Shown piece by piece: positions 1 to 8,377 of a stretch of DNA of 32,000 nucleotides (positions are counted from its first letter, which is position 1; every line of letters starts with the position of its first letter). The notes below the pieces were generated by a model. It had not been told where the DNA came from. It was given only the letters and a program-made list of their open reading frames with translations, and did not search any database. The position numbers and the translations under genes are program-made. This DNA comes from Halomicrobium mukohataei DSM 12286 (GTDB lineage: Archaea > Halobacteriota > Halobacteria > Halobacteriales > Haloarculaceae), in the NCBI RefSeq assembly GCF_000023965.1, contig NC_013202.1:2760001-2792000 (forward strand). The letters run 5' to 3'.

Positions 1-306
1 AGTGCGCCGGCCAGTCTGACCGGACGCCCGACCGTCCTCGGGTGGTTCCACGAGGCACAGTACCGCGGGGACGAGCCGTATCGGGAGCGACTGAGAGACG
101 TGCGGACGATCTACACCGGCGAGCCCGAAGAGCAGGCCGCGCTGCTCGAACGCTACGACGTGCGGTACGTCTACGTCGGCCCGGTCGAGCGGGCCACCTA
201 CGATCAGATCACCGTCGACGCGGTGGCGGGCGTCGAGCCGGTCGAGGAGTTCGACGGTGTGACGATCTACCGGGTCACCGACGACAGTGAGGGAGGGTCG
301 TCATAG
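1..306 (+). CDS. C-terminal fragment of a large membrane protein (DUF2298/'YYY'-type family suspected); 5' end is outside the window
   Basis: Frame +1 is open from nt 1 to TAG at 304-306 (SAPASLTGRPTVLGWFHEAQYRGDEPYRERLRDVRTIYTGEPEEQAALLERYDVRYVYVGPVERATY...). Composition is acidic with GC-rich third positions. The family call is from memory of this C-terminal pattern and is unverified. Confidence 0.7.
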   Translation, partial: SAPASLTGRPTVLGWFHEAQYRGDEPYRERLRDVRTIYTGEPEEQAALLERYDVRYVYVGPVERATYDQITVDAVAGVEPVEEFDGVTIYRVTDDSEGGSS

Positions 307-362
307 CCCGTCGCAAACGGCGTGTGCGCCGTTTCGACGGTCCCGGTCGCGGACCGCGAGCG

Positions 363-1034
363 TCAGCCACCGGGACCCAGCGCGGCGATGTCGGCCCCGA
401 CCGTCGCCAGCGCGTCGGCGGGGTTCGGATCGCTGTCCGCGAGGTGTCGCCAGTCGTCGTCCGGTGCCCGTTCGAGTAGCGCGACGACGGCCGCTCGGTA
501 CTCGCGGAACTGGGCACCGGGATCGGCCCGCTCCTCCCAGACGCTCCGGATGACCGTCCGCGAGTCGATCCTGACCTCGATCCGTGCGGGCTCGAACTGC
601 GCCAGCAGGCGCGCCAGCCCGAGCGCGAGCGCGGCGTACTCGGCGGTGTTGTTGTCCGTCCGCGAGCCGACCGGTCGCGCGAGACGGAGCAGCGACTCGC
701 CGGCCTCGTCCTGCACGACGGCACCAGCGCCCGCCGGCCCCGGGTTCCCGCGAGAGCTGCCGTCGACGTAGAGAATCGCCGTCTCGCCGGCCAGGTCGCG
801 ATCGACCCGTGTCTCGTGGTCGTCGGCCGACAGCACGCGTTCGATCGCCGCTCGCAGCTCCGCCGGCTCGGTTCCGGGTTCGAACAGTCCGCCGACGCCG
901 GGGACCGCCGCGTCGATCGCGTCGATCGCTGCCGACACCTCGTAGTCGTACGCGGCCAGGACGCGCTCGACGCGCTCGGCGAGCGGTGACAGTGACTCCG
1001 ACGGGAGATCACGGGCCGCCGTCACCGTGACCAC
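363..1034 (-). CDS. rnhA: Ribonuclease HI (type 1 RNase H) with an N-terminal extension of about 95 aa
   Basis: RNase H catalytic DEDD pattern: ILYVDGSSRGNPGPAGAGAVV ... TDNNTAEYAALALGL ... RIDSRTV ... DPNPADALA. The 5' part of ORF 363..1403 is Arg/Ser-rich junk and overlaps the real gene 1186..1446. There is no in-frame ATG, so I propose GTG at 1034 (VVTVTAARDL...). GTG at 1025 is an alternative. Confidence 0.8.
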   Translation of the reverse strand: MVTVTAARDLPSESLSPLAERVERVLAAYDYEVSAAIDAIDAAVPGVGGLFEPGTEPAELRAAIERVLSADDHETRVDRDLAGETAILYVDGSSRGNPGPAGAGAVVQDEAGESLLRLARPVGSRTDNNTAEYAALALGLARLLAQFEPARIEVRIDSRTVIRSVWEERADPGAQFREYRAAVVALLERAPDDDWRHLADSDPNPADALATVGADIAALGPGG

Positions 1035-1185
1035 CGCCGCTGTCGTCGCGACCGTTCCATACGCGGCGTCGGGGCCGTAGCCACCTATCGATGTCGGTGG
1101 GCTCTTCGACGGTCGACAGCTGTCGCTACGAGGGACCGTCGTCCGGCAGTGACCGCAGAGAGGACGAAACAGACCGCCAGCAGGA

Positions 1186-1446
1186 TCAGGCGTCGCCGCG
1201 TGGCTCGACGACGCCGACCGCACCGGCGTCGACGTCTTCGGTGTCGAGGTGCATCGCGACGAACTCACGACGCATGAACCGTTCGCGCTCCTCGGGTTTG
1301 CCGATCGTACACCACAGCTGCGGTTCGTCCGGCCCGTGCCAGTCGCCCTGACGGGCGATCGCGAAGCAGACGTACTCCTCGCCGTCGTACTCGATGGTGG
1401 CACCCTTCCGGATTCCGGGATCCCCGTGGATAATGAGCTTCTTCAT
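1186..1446 (-). CDS. Small conserved-looking cytoplasmic protein (86 aa), function unknown
   Basis: ATG start, sequence MKKLIIHGDPGIRKGATIEYDGEEYVCFAIARQGDWHGPDEPQLWCTIGKPEERERF..., acidic globular composition. A TATA-like GCTAAGTG (minus strand, plus coordinates 1468-1476) lies about 26 nt upstream of the ATG. Confidence 0.7.
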   Translation of the reverse strand: MKKLIIHGDPGIRKGATIEYDGEEYVCFAIARQGDWHGPDEPQLWCTIGKPEERERFMRREFVAMHLDTEDVDAGAVGVVEPRGDA

Positions 1447-1620
1447 GCGCCGGCTTTTGCCGACAGCGCACTTAGCTTCTACGGTGCGGAGCGCGAATCT
1501 CCCGTCGTGACCGAGCGACGCGGGGCGTGAGCGGGCCAGCCAGGGCCGAGTGCCCGACCGTCACGGGCGACTCTCGAACGGCCACAGCAGCTTTGTCGAT
1601 GGGACGACATCGCTTCGAGC

Positions 1621-1848
1621 ATGGACGAGGTGTTCGGACGACGTGACACGGATTCGGGGACGAGCGTCAGGGGGACAGTCGTGTGGGGCCTCCGCCTGCT
1701 CGGCTTGGCGATCGTGGTGCTGGGTCTGGCACTGTGGCTGCTGACCAGTTCGGGTCTGGTCCTCCTGCCCGGCGGACTCGTCGTCGCCGGCCTCGCGGTG
1801 ATGGTCGTTCCCGGACTCCTCGCCGGGCTCGTCGAGTTGCTGTCCTGA
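1621..1848 (+). CDS. Putative small membrane protein (75 aa, two hydrophobic helices)
   Basis: ATG ORF with the hydrophobic segments VVWGLRLLGLAIVVLGLALWLL and LVVAGLAVMVVPGLLAGLV. It sits in an otherwise unassigned gap. No recognisable family. Confidence 0.4.
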   Translation: MDEVFGRRDTDSGTSVRGTVVWGLRLLGLAIVVLGLALWLLTSSGLVLLPGGLVVAGLAVMVVPGLLAGLVELLS

Positions 1849-1882
1849 TACCGTCGGCGTGGTCGGGACCGAACCGTCGGGG

Positions 1883-1890
1883 TTTTAAGC
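1883..1890 (+). promoter_or_regulatory. TATA-box-like element upstream of the rpl44e operon
   Basis: TTTTAAGC in GC-rich surroundings, centred about 38 nt upstream of ATG 1925. This would give a short 5'UTR. Confidence 0.4.
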
Positions 1891-1924
1891 ACCGCTGTGT
1901 AACCTCGCCGTAAGGTCGATATCT

Positions 1925-2209
1925 ATGCAGATGCCACGCCGATTTAACACGTACTGTCCGCACTGTAACGAGCACAACGAACACGAGGTCGAGAAGGTCC
2001 GTTCCGGCCGCACGTCGGGCATGACCCAGATCGGCGGCCGCCAGGCCGACCGCAACTCCAAGGGGATCGGGAACTCCGGGAAGTTCTCGAAGGTGCCCGG
2101 TGGGGACAAGCCCACCAAGAAGACGAACCTCAAGTACCGCTGTAGCGACTGTGGCAAGGCCCACCTCCGCGAGGGATGGCGAGCTGGCCGACTGGAGTTC
2201 CAGGACTAG
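1925..2209 (+). CDS. rpl44e: 50S ribosomal protein L44e (eL42)
   Basis: [25 protein letters not shown]...[11 protein letters not shown]. This is the four-Cys zinc-ribbon L44e pattern. It heads the conserved archaeal cluster L44e-S27e-aIF2alpha-Nop10. Confidence 0.95.
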   Translation: MQMPRRFNTYCPHCNEHNEHEVEKVRSGRTSGMTQIGGRQADRNSKGIGNSGKFSKVPGGDKPTKKTNLKYRCSDCGKAHLREGWRAGRLEFQD

Positions 2210-2213
2210 AACG

Positions 2214-2387
2214 ATGGCAGGAAGCTTCCTCTCCGTCGAATGTCCGGACTGTGAGAACGAACAGACGGTCTTCAGCAAGGCCGCCACCGAAGTCGCCTGC
2301 GCGGTCTGTGGGCACACGCTCGCCCGCCCGACCGGCGGCAAGGCGACCATCGAGGGTGCGGTCCTCGAAACGGTCGAACAGCGATGA
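2214..2387 (+). CDS. rps27e: 30S ribosomal protein S27e
   Basis: Internal ATG at 2214 of ORF 2100..2387: [44 protein letters not shown] (CxxC...CxxC zinc ribbon). It starts 5 nt after the rpl44e stop. Confidence 0.93.
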   Translation: MAGSFLSVECPDCENEQTVFSKAATEVACAVCGHTLARPTGGKATIEGAVLETVEQR

Positions 2388-3217
2388 AGTACAGCGGCTG
2401 GCCCGAATCCGGCGAACTCGCCGTCGGCAAGATCGACGAGATCGAAGACTTCGGCGTCTTCGTCGACCTCGAAGAGTACGAGGACAAGCGCGGCCTCTGT
2501 CACATCAGCGAAGTCGCCAGCGGCTGGATCAAGAACGTCCGCGACCACGTCAACGAGGGCCAGACTGTCGTCGTGAAAGTGCTGGAGATCGACGAGGACG
2601 CCCAGCAGATCAACCTCTCGATCAAGGACGTCAACGACCACCAGCGCAAAGAGAAGATCCAGGAGTGGAAAAACGAGCAGAAGGCCGACAACTGGATGGA
2701 GCTGGCCTTCGGCGAGGATCTCGCCGACGAGCAGTACGCCGCCGTCGCAAACGAACTGCTCGCCGACTTCGGCTCGCTGTACGACGGCTTCGAGGCCGCG
2801 GCGATCCACGGGACGGAGGCCCTCGACGAGACGGACCTCTCCGAGGACGAGATCGACGCCGTCGTCGAGACCGCACGCGAGAACGTCTCGGTGCCCTACG
2901 TCGACGTGACCGGCTACGTCGACCTGACCTGTCCCGGCAGTGACGGCGTCGAGCTCATCAAGCAGGCGCTCCAGGCCGCCGAGGGCGACGCCGACGCACT
3001 CCCCGACGGCGCGGATGCAGACGCCGACGTGCCCGAGGAGGTCGAACTCGAAGTGACCTACGTCGGTGCGCCCGAGTACCGGATCAAGGTCCGGGCTCCC
3101 GACTACAAGCGCGCCGAATCCGAGCTCGAAGCCAGCGCCGACCGTGCCCGCGCGGTCGTCGTCGAACACGGTGGCACCGGCGAGTTCCACCGCGAGCGCA
3201 ACGAAGACGAAGAGTAA
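2384..3217 (+). CDS. eif2a: Translation initiation factor aIF-2 alpha subunit
   Basis: N-terminal S1 domain ([47 protein letters not shown]) followed by the aIF2alpha helical and C-terminal domains. ATGA start/stop overlap with rps27e. Confidence 0.93.
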   Translation: MKYSGWPESGELAVGKIDEIEDFGVFVDLEEYEDKRGLCHISEVASGWIKNVRDHVNEGQTVVVKVLEIDEDAQQINLSIKDVNDHQRKEKIQEWKNEQKADNWMELAFGEDLADEQYAAVANELLADFGSLYDGFEAAAIHGTEALDETDLSEDEIDAVVETARENVSVPYVDVTGYVDLTCPGSDGVELIKQALQAAEGDADALPDGADADADVPEEVELEVTYVGAPEYRIKVRAPDYKRAESELEASADRARAVVVEHGGTGEFHRERNEDEE

Positions 3218-3221
3218 GCCG

Positions 3222-3404
3222 ATGCGGGCCGATCTCCGCGTCTGTTCCGAGTGGGCGTCCGAGCACGACCGGCCCGTCTACACGCTTTCTGAGCGCTGTC
3301 CCGACTGTGGGAGCGACGCCGTCAACAGCGCGCCGGCACCGTTCGATCCCGCGGACCCGTACGGCGAGTATCGACGCGCACTTAAGCGGCGGCGACGGGA
3401 GTAG
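3222..3404 (+). CDS. nop10: H/ACA RNP component Nop10
   Basis: Internal ATG at 3222: MRADLRVCSEW...YTLSERCPDCGSDAVNSAPAPFDPADPYGEYRRALKRR. This is the Nop10 zinc ribbon plus the C-terminal PxxF..D.Y motif, in the conserved position after eif2a. Confidence 0.9.
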   Translation: MRADLRVCSEWASEHDRPVYTLSERCPDCGSDAVNSAPAPFDPADPYGEYRRALKRRRRE

Positions 3405-3408
3405 GGCC

Positions 3409-4164
3409 ATGGACGAGTTCGAGATCGAGCGAATCGCGGACGGCGAGTTGACCGATCCGGTACTGGTCGAAGGATTACCCGGCGTCGGCCATGTCGGCAA
3501 GCTCGCGGCCGAACATCTGCTCGAAGAACTCGACAGCGTGCTGGTCGCCCGCGTCTACTCCCAGCACTTCCCGCCACAGGTCACCGTCGAAGACGGCACG
3601 ACACAGCTGGCGTCGGCAGAGTTTCACGCCGTCAGGCCAGAAGACGGGCGGGACATGCTCGTGCTCACGGGCGATCACCAGGCACAGGACAACGAGGGCC
3701 ACTACGGGCTGACCGACACCTTCCTCGACGTGGCCGAGGAGTTCGGCGTCGAGTCGGTGTACGCGCTCGGTGGCGTTCCGACCGGCGAACTGATCGAGGA
3801 GTACGACGTGCTCGGCGCGTCGACGACCGACTCGCTGGTCGAGGAACTCGAATCGGTCGGCGTCGCCTTCCGCGAGAACGAGCCCGCAGGCGGTATCGTC
3901 GGCGTCTCGGGCCTCCTGCTTGGCCTGAGCGGCCGCCGTGACCTCGACGCGGCCTGTCTCATGGGGGAAACCTCGGGCTATCTCGTCGACCCCAAGAGCG
4001 CGCAGGCGGTCCTGGAGATCCTCCAGGAACTGCTCGGCTTCGAGATCGACTACGAGGCACTCGAAGACCGCGCAGACGAGATGGAGGAAGTCGCCCGGAA
4101 GATTCAGGAGATGGAACAGGGGACGCCGACCCCCTCCGACGAAGACCTTCGGTACATCGGCTGA
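3409..4164 (+). CDS. PAC2-family (proteasome assembly chaperone-like, COG1938) protein
   Basis: ATG at 3409: MDEFEIERIADGELTDPVLVEGLPGVGHVGKLAAEHLLEEL... This is the typical PAC2 N-terminus. The position after nop10 is conserved in archaea. Confidence 0.85.
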   Translation: MDEFEIERIADGELTDPVLVEGLPGVGHVGKLAAEHLLEELDSVLVARVYSQHFPPQVTVEDGTTQLASAEFHAVRPEDGRDMLVLTGDHQAQDNEGHYGLTDTFLDVAEEFGVESVYALGGVPTGELIEEYDVLGASTTDSLVEELESVGVAFRENEPAGGIVGVSGLLLGLSGRRDLDAACLMGETSGYLVDPKSAQAVLEILQELLGFEIDYEALEDRADEMEEVARKIQEMEQGTPTPSDEDLRYIG

Positions 4165-4213
4165 TCGCGCCGACAGCGAACGATTCTTTATCACGCCAGC
4201 CGAACGTGAGGCC

Positions 4214-4822
4214 GTGTTCGCGCAGTTTGGGTCGCTGCCGGAGTGGCTCGTCGTCGGCCTCGGGCTCGGAGCGGCCGGCAGTGTCGCCGTCGCCGGCCTG
4301 TTCGTCGCTGCAGCCAGACTCTTCCCGCCGCCGGCAGCCGATGGTTCGTCCGGCACGGGTGAGCGACGGCGACGCGAGGAGCTTCGGTCGTACCTGCGAG
4401 CGATCGAGGAGCCCTTCGCGGAGGATCACTTCGTCGAGGGCCAGCCCGTCGCCTTCTACCTGCCCAAGCGCGACGTAGCGATCACGTTCGACGCGCGGGC
4501 CTACTACCGGATCGACCGATCACCGACCGTCCCCGTCCTGGTCGAACACGAGATGCCGGGCTGGCACCTCGGTGCCAGGCTCCCGTTCGAGACGCCGGAG
4601 ATCGACGGTGGGTCGACCGGAGAGAGCGAGAGGACGGAGTACCACCCGACGGCCGACGCATTTCGGGAGCTCGGTCTGCCCACTTCGGCGACCCTGGAGG
4701 AGGTCAAGGGAGCCTACCGGCGCAAGGTCAAAGAGGTCCATCCGGACCACGGCGGCGACGAGGAGGCGTTCAAGCGCGTCAGACGGGCCTACACGAGAGC
4801 GAAGCAACACGCCGCCGACTAG
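4214..4822 (+). CDS. Membrane-anchored J-domain (DnaJ-like) protein
   Basis: C-terminal J domain with the HPD motif (ATLEEVKGAYRRKVKEVHPDHGGDEEAFKRVRRAY). N-terminal TM helix (LPEWLVVGLGLGAAGSVAVAGLFVAAARLF). There is no in-frame ATG between the PAC2 stop and residue 'EHEM', so I propose GTG at 4214. The start is uncertain. Confidence 0.65.
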   Translation: MFAQFGSLPEWLVVGLGLGAAGSVAVAGLFVAAARLFPPPAADGSSGTGERRRREELRSYLRAIEEPFAEDHFVEGQPVAFYLPKRDVAITFDARAYYRIDRSPTVPVLVEHEMPGWHLGARLPFETPEIDGGSTGESERTEYHPTADAFRELGLPTSATLEEVKGAYRRKVKEVHPDHGGDEEAFKRVRRAYTRAKQHAAD

Positions 4823-5937
4823 ATGCCCTGACTCATGAGGTGGCTGCGAAGCAGGTCGTCCTCTTTCGAGCCTGCGACGGGGTTGACCAGCGCGACCGTC
4901 TCGCCTTCGAACTCCGCGGCGAGTTCGCGCGCGCCGGCCAGGGCGACGCCGCCGGTCGCGCTGAGTTCGACGCCGGCAGTGCCGGCCGCGTCGACGGCCG
5001 CCTGCAACGCGTCGCTGTCCGAGACGGCGACGCCGCGCCCGCCGGTCTCGTCGACGGCCGCGACGGCGAGAGAGCCGACGGCGGGATCGGGGACTTCCAG
5101 GGGGCCGACGATCGTGTCGGGCTGTTCGGTGGCCGCGACCGCGTCGGCGGTTCCGCAGGCGTCGACGATGGGCGCACAGCCCGCTGGCTGTGCGGCGTAG
5201 AGACGCGGCGTCACGTCGAGGGCACCGGTTTCCCGGAGTTCCTCGATCGCCGTGTGGATCGCGGCGAGGACGATCCCGTGGCCGGTCGGGACCACGATCG
5301 CCGACGGGGCCGGCCCGGTGAGCAGCTCGTAGCCCAGTCGCTTGACGCCCGCGCGACGGTACGGCGACGACGGGCCGACGGGGAACCGCGCCCCGTCGCT
5401 GTCCTCGTAGGCCGCCAGCGCGTCGGGATAGCGTCCCTCGACGACGTTCATCTCTCCGCCGTGGACGTTGATCATCGCTTTGTTGACGAACGGACACCGC
5501 GAGGGGACGTAGCTGTGAGCGGTCACGCCGGCCCGACCGGCGTAGGCAGCCGCCGACTGACCGCCGTTGCCGGTCGTCGGGAGCGAAACGGCGTCGGCAC
5601 CGACTGCCGCGCCGGCACTGACGGCGACCGCGAGTCCGCGATCCGTCACCGCGCCGGTCGGATTTCGCCCTTCGTCTTTGAGCAGGAGTCGATCGGCCCC
5701 GATCTCGTCGGCCAGTGTCGGACAGTCGGTCGCGGGCGTCTCACCCTCGTCGAGCGAGTGGCGGCGCTCGCGGGCCAGCGGGAGCGGCGGCCGCGTCGGT
5801 TCCGTACGGAGATCGTGATCGTACCGGGCCACGAGGAGGCCGCCACACGCCGGACAGCGCAGTTCGATCTCGTCGGCGTCGAACGTCTCCTCACAGTCTG
5901 CACAGGCGAACTCGCGAAAGGCCGGACTCGTCTCCAT
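4819..5937 (-). CDS. thrC: Threonine synthase-like fold-type-II PLP-enzyme homologue with an N-terminal zinc ribbon; the canonical PLP lysine is absent
   Basis: Start at ATG 5937 (METSPAFREFACADCEETFDADEIELRCPACGG...). ThrC-like blocks are LLLKDEGRNPTGAVTDRG, PTTGNGGQSAAAYAGRAG and VVPTGHGIVLAAIHTAIEEL. The upstream part of ORF 4819..6192 is low-complexity and overlaps the divergent promoter region. Confidence 0.85.
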   Translation of the reverse strand: METSPAFREFACADCEETFDADEIELRCPACGGLLVARYDHDLRTEPTRPPLPLARERRHSLDEGETPATDCPTLADEIGADRLLLKDEGRNPTGAVTDRGLAVAVSAGAAVGADAVSLPTTGNGGQSAAAYAGRAGVTAHSYVPSRCPFVNKAMINVHGGEMNVVEGRYPDALAAYEDSDGARFPVGPSSPYRRAGVKRLGYELLTGPAPSAIVVPTGHGIVLAAIHTAIEELRETGALDVTPRLYAAQPAGCAPIVDACGTADAVAATEQPDTIVGPLEVPDPAVGSLAVAAVDETGGRGVAVSDSDALQAAVDAAGTAGVELSATGGVALAGARELAAEFEGETVALVNPVAGSKEDDLLRSHLMSQGI

Positions 5938-6033
5938 ACTCGCACTGTGGGCCCCGCTCCCTTGTGCTGTGCGGTCGGGCTCCTTCGACTCCCGTCTCGG
6001 CGTGGCTCGACCGCGACGTAGCAAAGCCCGAGT

Positions 6034-6044
6034 CGTTTTTGTGG
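6034..6044 (+). promoter_or_regulatory. TATA-box-like element for a leaderless oxidoreductase transcript
   Basis: CGTTTTTGTGG centred about 26 nt upstream of ATG 6065, the typical haloarchaeal leaderless spacing. Confidence 0.45.
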
Positions 6045-6064
6045 TCGCGGTCGAACGATCCGGT

Positions 6065-7321
6065 ATGGATGTCGTGGTCGTCGGCGGCGGACTGGCTGGG
6101 CTGGTCGCGGCCCGCCACATCGCCGAGTCGGGCGCGGACGTGACGTTGTTCGAACGACGCGAGACCGTCGGTGGGCGCGTTCGCTCTCGCACCGTCGACG
6201 GCTACACGCTCGACCGTGGGTTCCAGGTACTCTTTCCCGCCTATCCGGCGGTCGAACGGGAACTGGACCTCGACGCGCTCGACCTCCGGCGGTTCACTCC
6301 CGGTGCGACGATCGCCCGGCCGGGCAAGCGATCGGTGCTGGCCGATCCCCTCCGGGATCCCCGCTCGGCGCTGGCGACGGTCTTCAACGACGAGGTGACG
6401 ATCCGGGACCTACTCAGGCTCTACCGCCTCCAGCGAGAGCTGCGCGGACGGTCGGTCGACGAGATTCTCCGGCGTGGCGGCTCCTCGATCGAGGCGTATC
6501 TTGCCGATCGAGGATTCTCCGACGGGTTCGTCGAGTCCTTTGCAGCGCCCTTCTACGGCGGGATCACGCTCGACCGATCGCTGTCGACGGACAGCGCCGT
6601 CTTCGAGTACACGTTCAAGATGCTCACCGAGGGATCGACCGCCGTCCCGGCCGAGGGGATGGGTGCGATCACGGCCCAGCTCGCCGACCGGGCGCGGGCG
6701 GCCGGCGTCACCGTCGAAACCGGAACGACCGTCGACGCGGTCGTTCCCGGCGACGGCGTCACCGTCGAGACCGGCGACGAGTCCGTCGGGGCCGACGCCG
6801 CCGTCGTCGCGACCGATCCGAAGGCCGCGAGCGACCTCACCGGCGTGGCGGCGATCACGACGACGGCACGGAGCTGTGTCACCCAACACGTCGCGCTGCC
6901 GTCGGGCGATCGTCCGGAGATGGGGCGGCGGATCGTGCTCAACGCCGAGGACGACCGGCCGAACCAGATCGCACCGCTGTCGGCGGTCGCACCGGGGTAC
7001 GCCCCGGACGGCCACGCGTCGTACGCTGCGACCTTCCTCGGAGAGCGAGAGGCCGACGACGAGACGCTGTTCGAGACGGTCCGGACGGCCCTGTCCGAGT
7101 GGTACCCCCAGACCAGCTTCGCCGACCTCGAACTGATCGGGACCGACCGCATCGAGTTCGCGCAGTTCGATCAGCCACCGGGATTCCGGGCCGGCTTGCC
7201 GGCGGTCGACGCTCCGGAGGGGCCGGTGGTGCTGGCCGGAGACTACACCCGCTGGTCGTCGATCCAGGGCGCACTGGAGAGCGGCCGAGTCGCCGCCGGA
7301 GCGGCGCTCGATACGCAGTGA
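6065..7321 (+). CDS. NAD(P)/FAD-dependent oxidoreductase (amine oxidase / phytoene desaturase-like superfamily)
   Basis: ATG at 6065 followed directly by the dinucleotide-binding motif MDVVVVGGGLAGLVAARHIAESGADVTLFERRETVGGRVRS. The C-terminus (LAGDYTRWSSIQGALESG) is typical of this fold. Confidence 0.85.
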   Translation: MDVVVVGGGLAGLVAARHIAESGADVTLFERRETVGGRVRSRTVDGYTLDRGFQVLFPAYPAVERELDLDALDLRRFTPGATIARPGKRSVLADPLRDPRSALATVFNDEVTIRDLLRLYRLQRELRGRSVDEILRRGGSSIEAYLADRGFSDGFVESFAAPFYGGITLDRSLSTDSAVFEYTFKMLTEGSTAVPAEGMGAITAQLADRARAAGVTVETGTTVDAVVPGDGVTVETGDESVGADAAVVATDPKAASDLTGVAAITTTARSCVTQHVALPSGDRPEMGRRIVLNAEDDRPNQIAPLSAVAPGYAPDGHASYAATFLGEREADDETLFETVRTALSEWYPQTSFADLELIGTDRIEFAQFDQPPGFRAGLPAVDAPEGPVVLAGDYTRWSSIQGALESGRVAAGAALDTQ

Positions 7322-7339
7322 GAACGTCGGAGCGAGCGA

Positions 7340-8308
7340 TCACTCGCCGTTCGTGATGTGCGTGTGGGCCCCGATCAACGCGCCAGCCAGATCGAGGTCT
7401 TCGATGTGGGTCTCGCGGTCGATGATCGACTGCCGGACATCGCTGTCACGAATCGTCGCCTCGGGGAAGACGACGGAGTTGTCGAGCCTGGAATCGACGA
7501 TCTCTGCGCCGTCGAGGACGTGGACGTTCTCGCCGACGGTGGTGTTCTCGACCGTGGCCGAGTCGGCGACGACGGCGTCGCCGTCCAGTTCCCAGGCGAC
7601 CGCTTCGAGGTAGCTCTCGGGCGTACCGATGTCGTACCACGCGCCGTCGAAGGTAAAGGCGGAGACGGCGTCGTTGGCGACGAGCCACTGGATGAACCAG
7701 CCGGGCTCGTCGGGGTTGTTCCCACCCGAGAGGTACTCCTCGAAACGGACCGATTCGGCGGGGAACGCGTAACAGGCGATCGAGACGAGCGTGCTGTTGG
7801 GATCGTCGGGCTTCTCCTGGAAGTCGACGACCTCGTCGCCGTCGAGTTCGACCAGCCCGTAGGACTTCGCTCGTTCTCTGGAACCCACGTCGTAGGCCGC
7901 GATCGTCGGCGTGCCGGCACCTTCGAAGAAGTCGAGGAACTCGGCCACGTCGAAGCTGATGAGGTTGTCACCGGCGACGACCAGCAGATCCTCGTCCGTG
8001 ATCCCCTCCCGGTCGACGAGCTGGGCGAGCGCGCCGACGACGCCGAACTTCTCGTCTTCCTCCGTCGTGTCCTCGACGGTGAGTTTCGGCTTCTCGTACG
8101 ACGAGTCGGCGAGGTGAGCCTCGAAGTCGGTCGCGAACCGCTCGTTGGTGCTGACGAACACCTCCGAGATGCGATCGTCGCGTTCGAGTTCGCCCAGAAT
8201 GCGGTCGATGACGGTGCTGTCACCGATCGGCAAGAGCATCTTGGGCCGATGTTTCGTGACCGGCCAGAGACGGGTCGCGTAACCGCCAGCGAGGACGACA
8301 GCCTTCAT
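7340..8308 (-). CDS. Sugar-1-phosphate nucleotidyltransferase with a C-terminal left-handed beta-helix
   Basis: MKAVVLAGGYATRLWPVTKHRPKMLLPIGD (GxGxR NTP-transferase signature). The C-terminal hexapeptide-like repeats are VGENVHVLDGAEIVDSRLDNSVVFPEATIRDSDV. The start is ATG 8308, or ATG 8320 four codons upstream. Confidence 0.88.
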   Translation of the reverse strand: MKAVVLAGGYATRLWPVTKHRPKMLLPIGDSTVIDRILGELERDDRISEVFVSTNERFATDFEAHLADSSYEKPKLTVEDTTEEDEKFGVVGALAQLVDREGITDEDLLVVAGDNLISFDVAEFLDFFEGAGTPTIAAYDVGSRERAKSYGLVELDGDEVVDFQEKPDDPNSTLVSIACYAFPAESVRFEEYLSGGNNPDEPGWFIQWLVANDAVSAFTFDGAWYDIGTPESYLEAVAWELDGDAVVADSATVENTTVGENVHVLDGAEIVDSRLDNSVVFPEATIRDSDVRQSIIDRETHIEDLDLAGALIGAHTHITNGE

Positions 8309-8377
8309 ACGGGAACGCACCCGAGGCTGGAGTAAGTCTTTTTTGTTCTCGCCGACGGTCCCGAACGAGGAGGGCGG

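Noticed and set aside
1667-3190. 507-aa ORF on the minus strand opposite rpl44e, rps27e and eif2a. Similar long antisense or alternative-frame ORFs occur at 4840..6021(+), 7358..8335(+), 9506..10993(+), 11367..13151(+), 13746..14663(-), 18236..19957(+), 22573..23322(+), 23777..24727(+), 26042..26962(-) and 29388..30413(-)
   Set aside because: These are GC-rich shadow ORFs. They have basic or low-complexity (Arg/Gly/Val/Pro-rich) composition unlike acidic haloarchaeal proteins and no recognisable motifs. Each lies opposite a confidently identified gene.
3307-3408. N-terminal extension of the PAC2 ORF overlapping nop10, and similar 5' extensions of ORFs 5969, 4819..6192, 21136..24126 and 28282..28722
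   Set aside because: These extensions overlap neighbouring genes in other frames or are low-complexity. Internal ATG starts give canonical N-termini.
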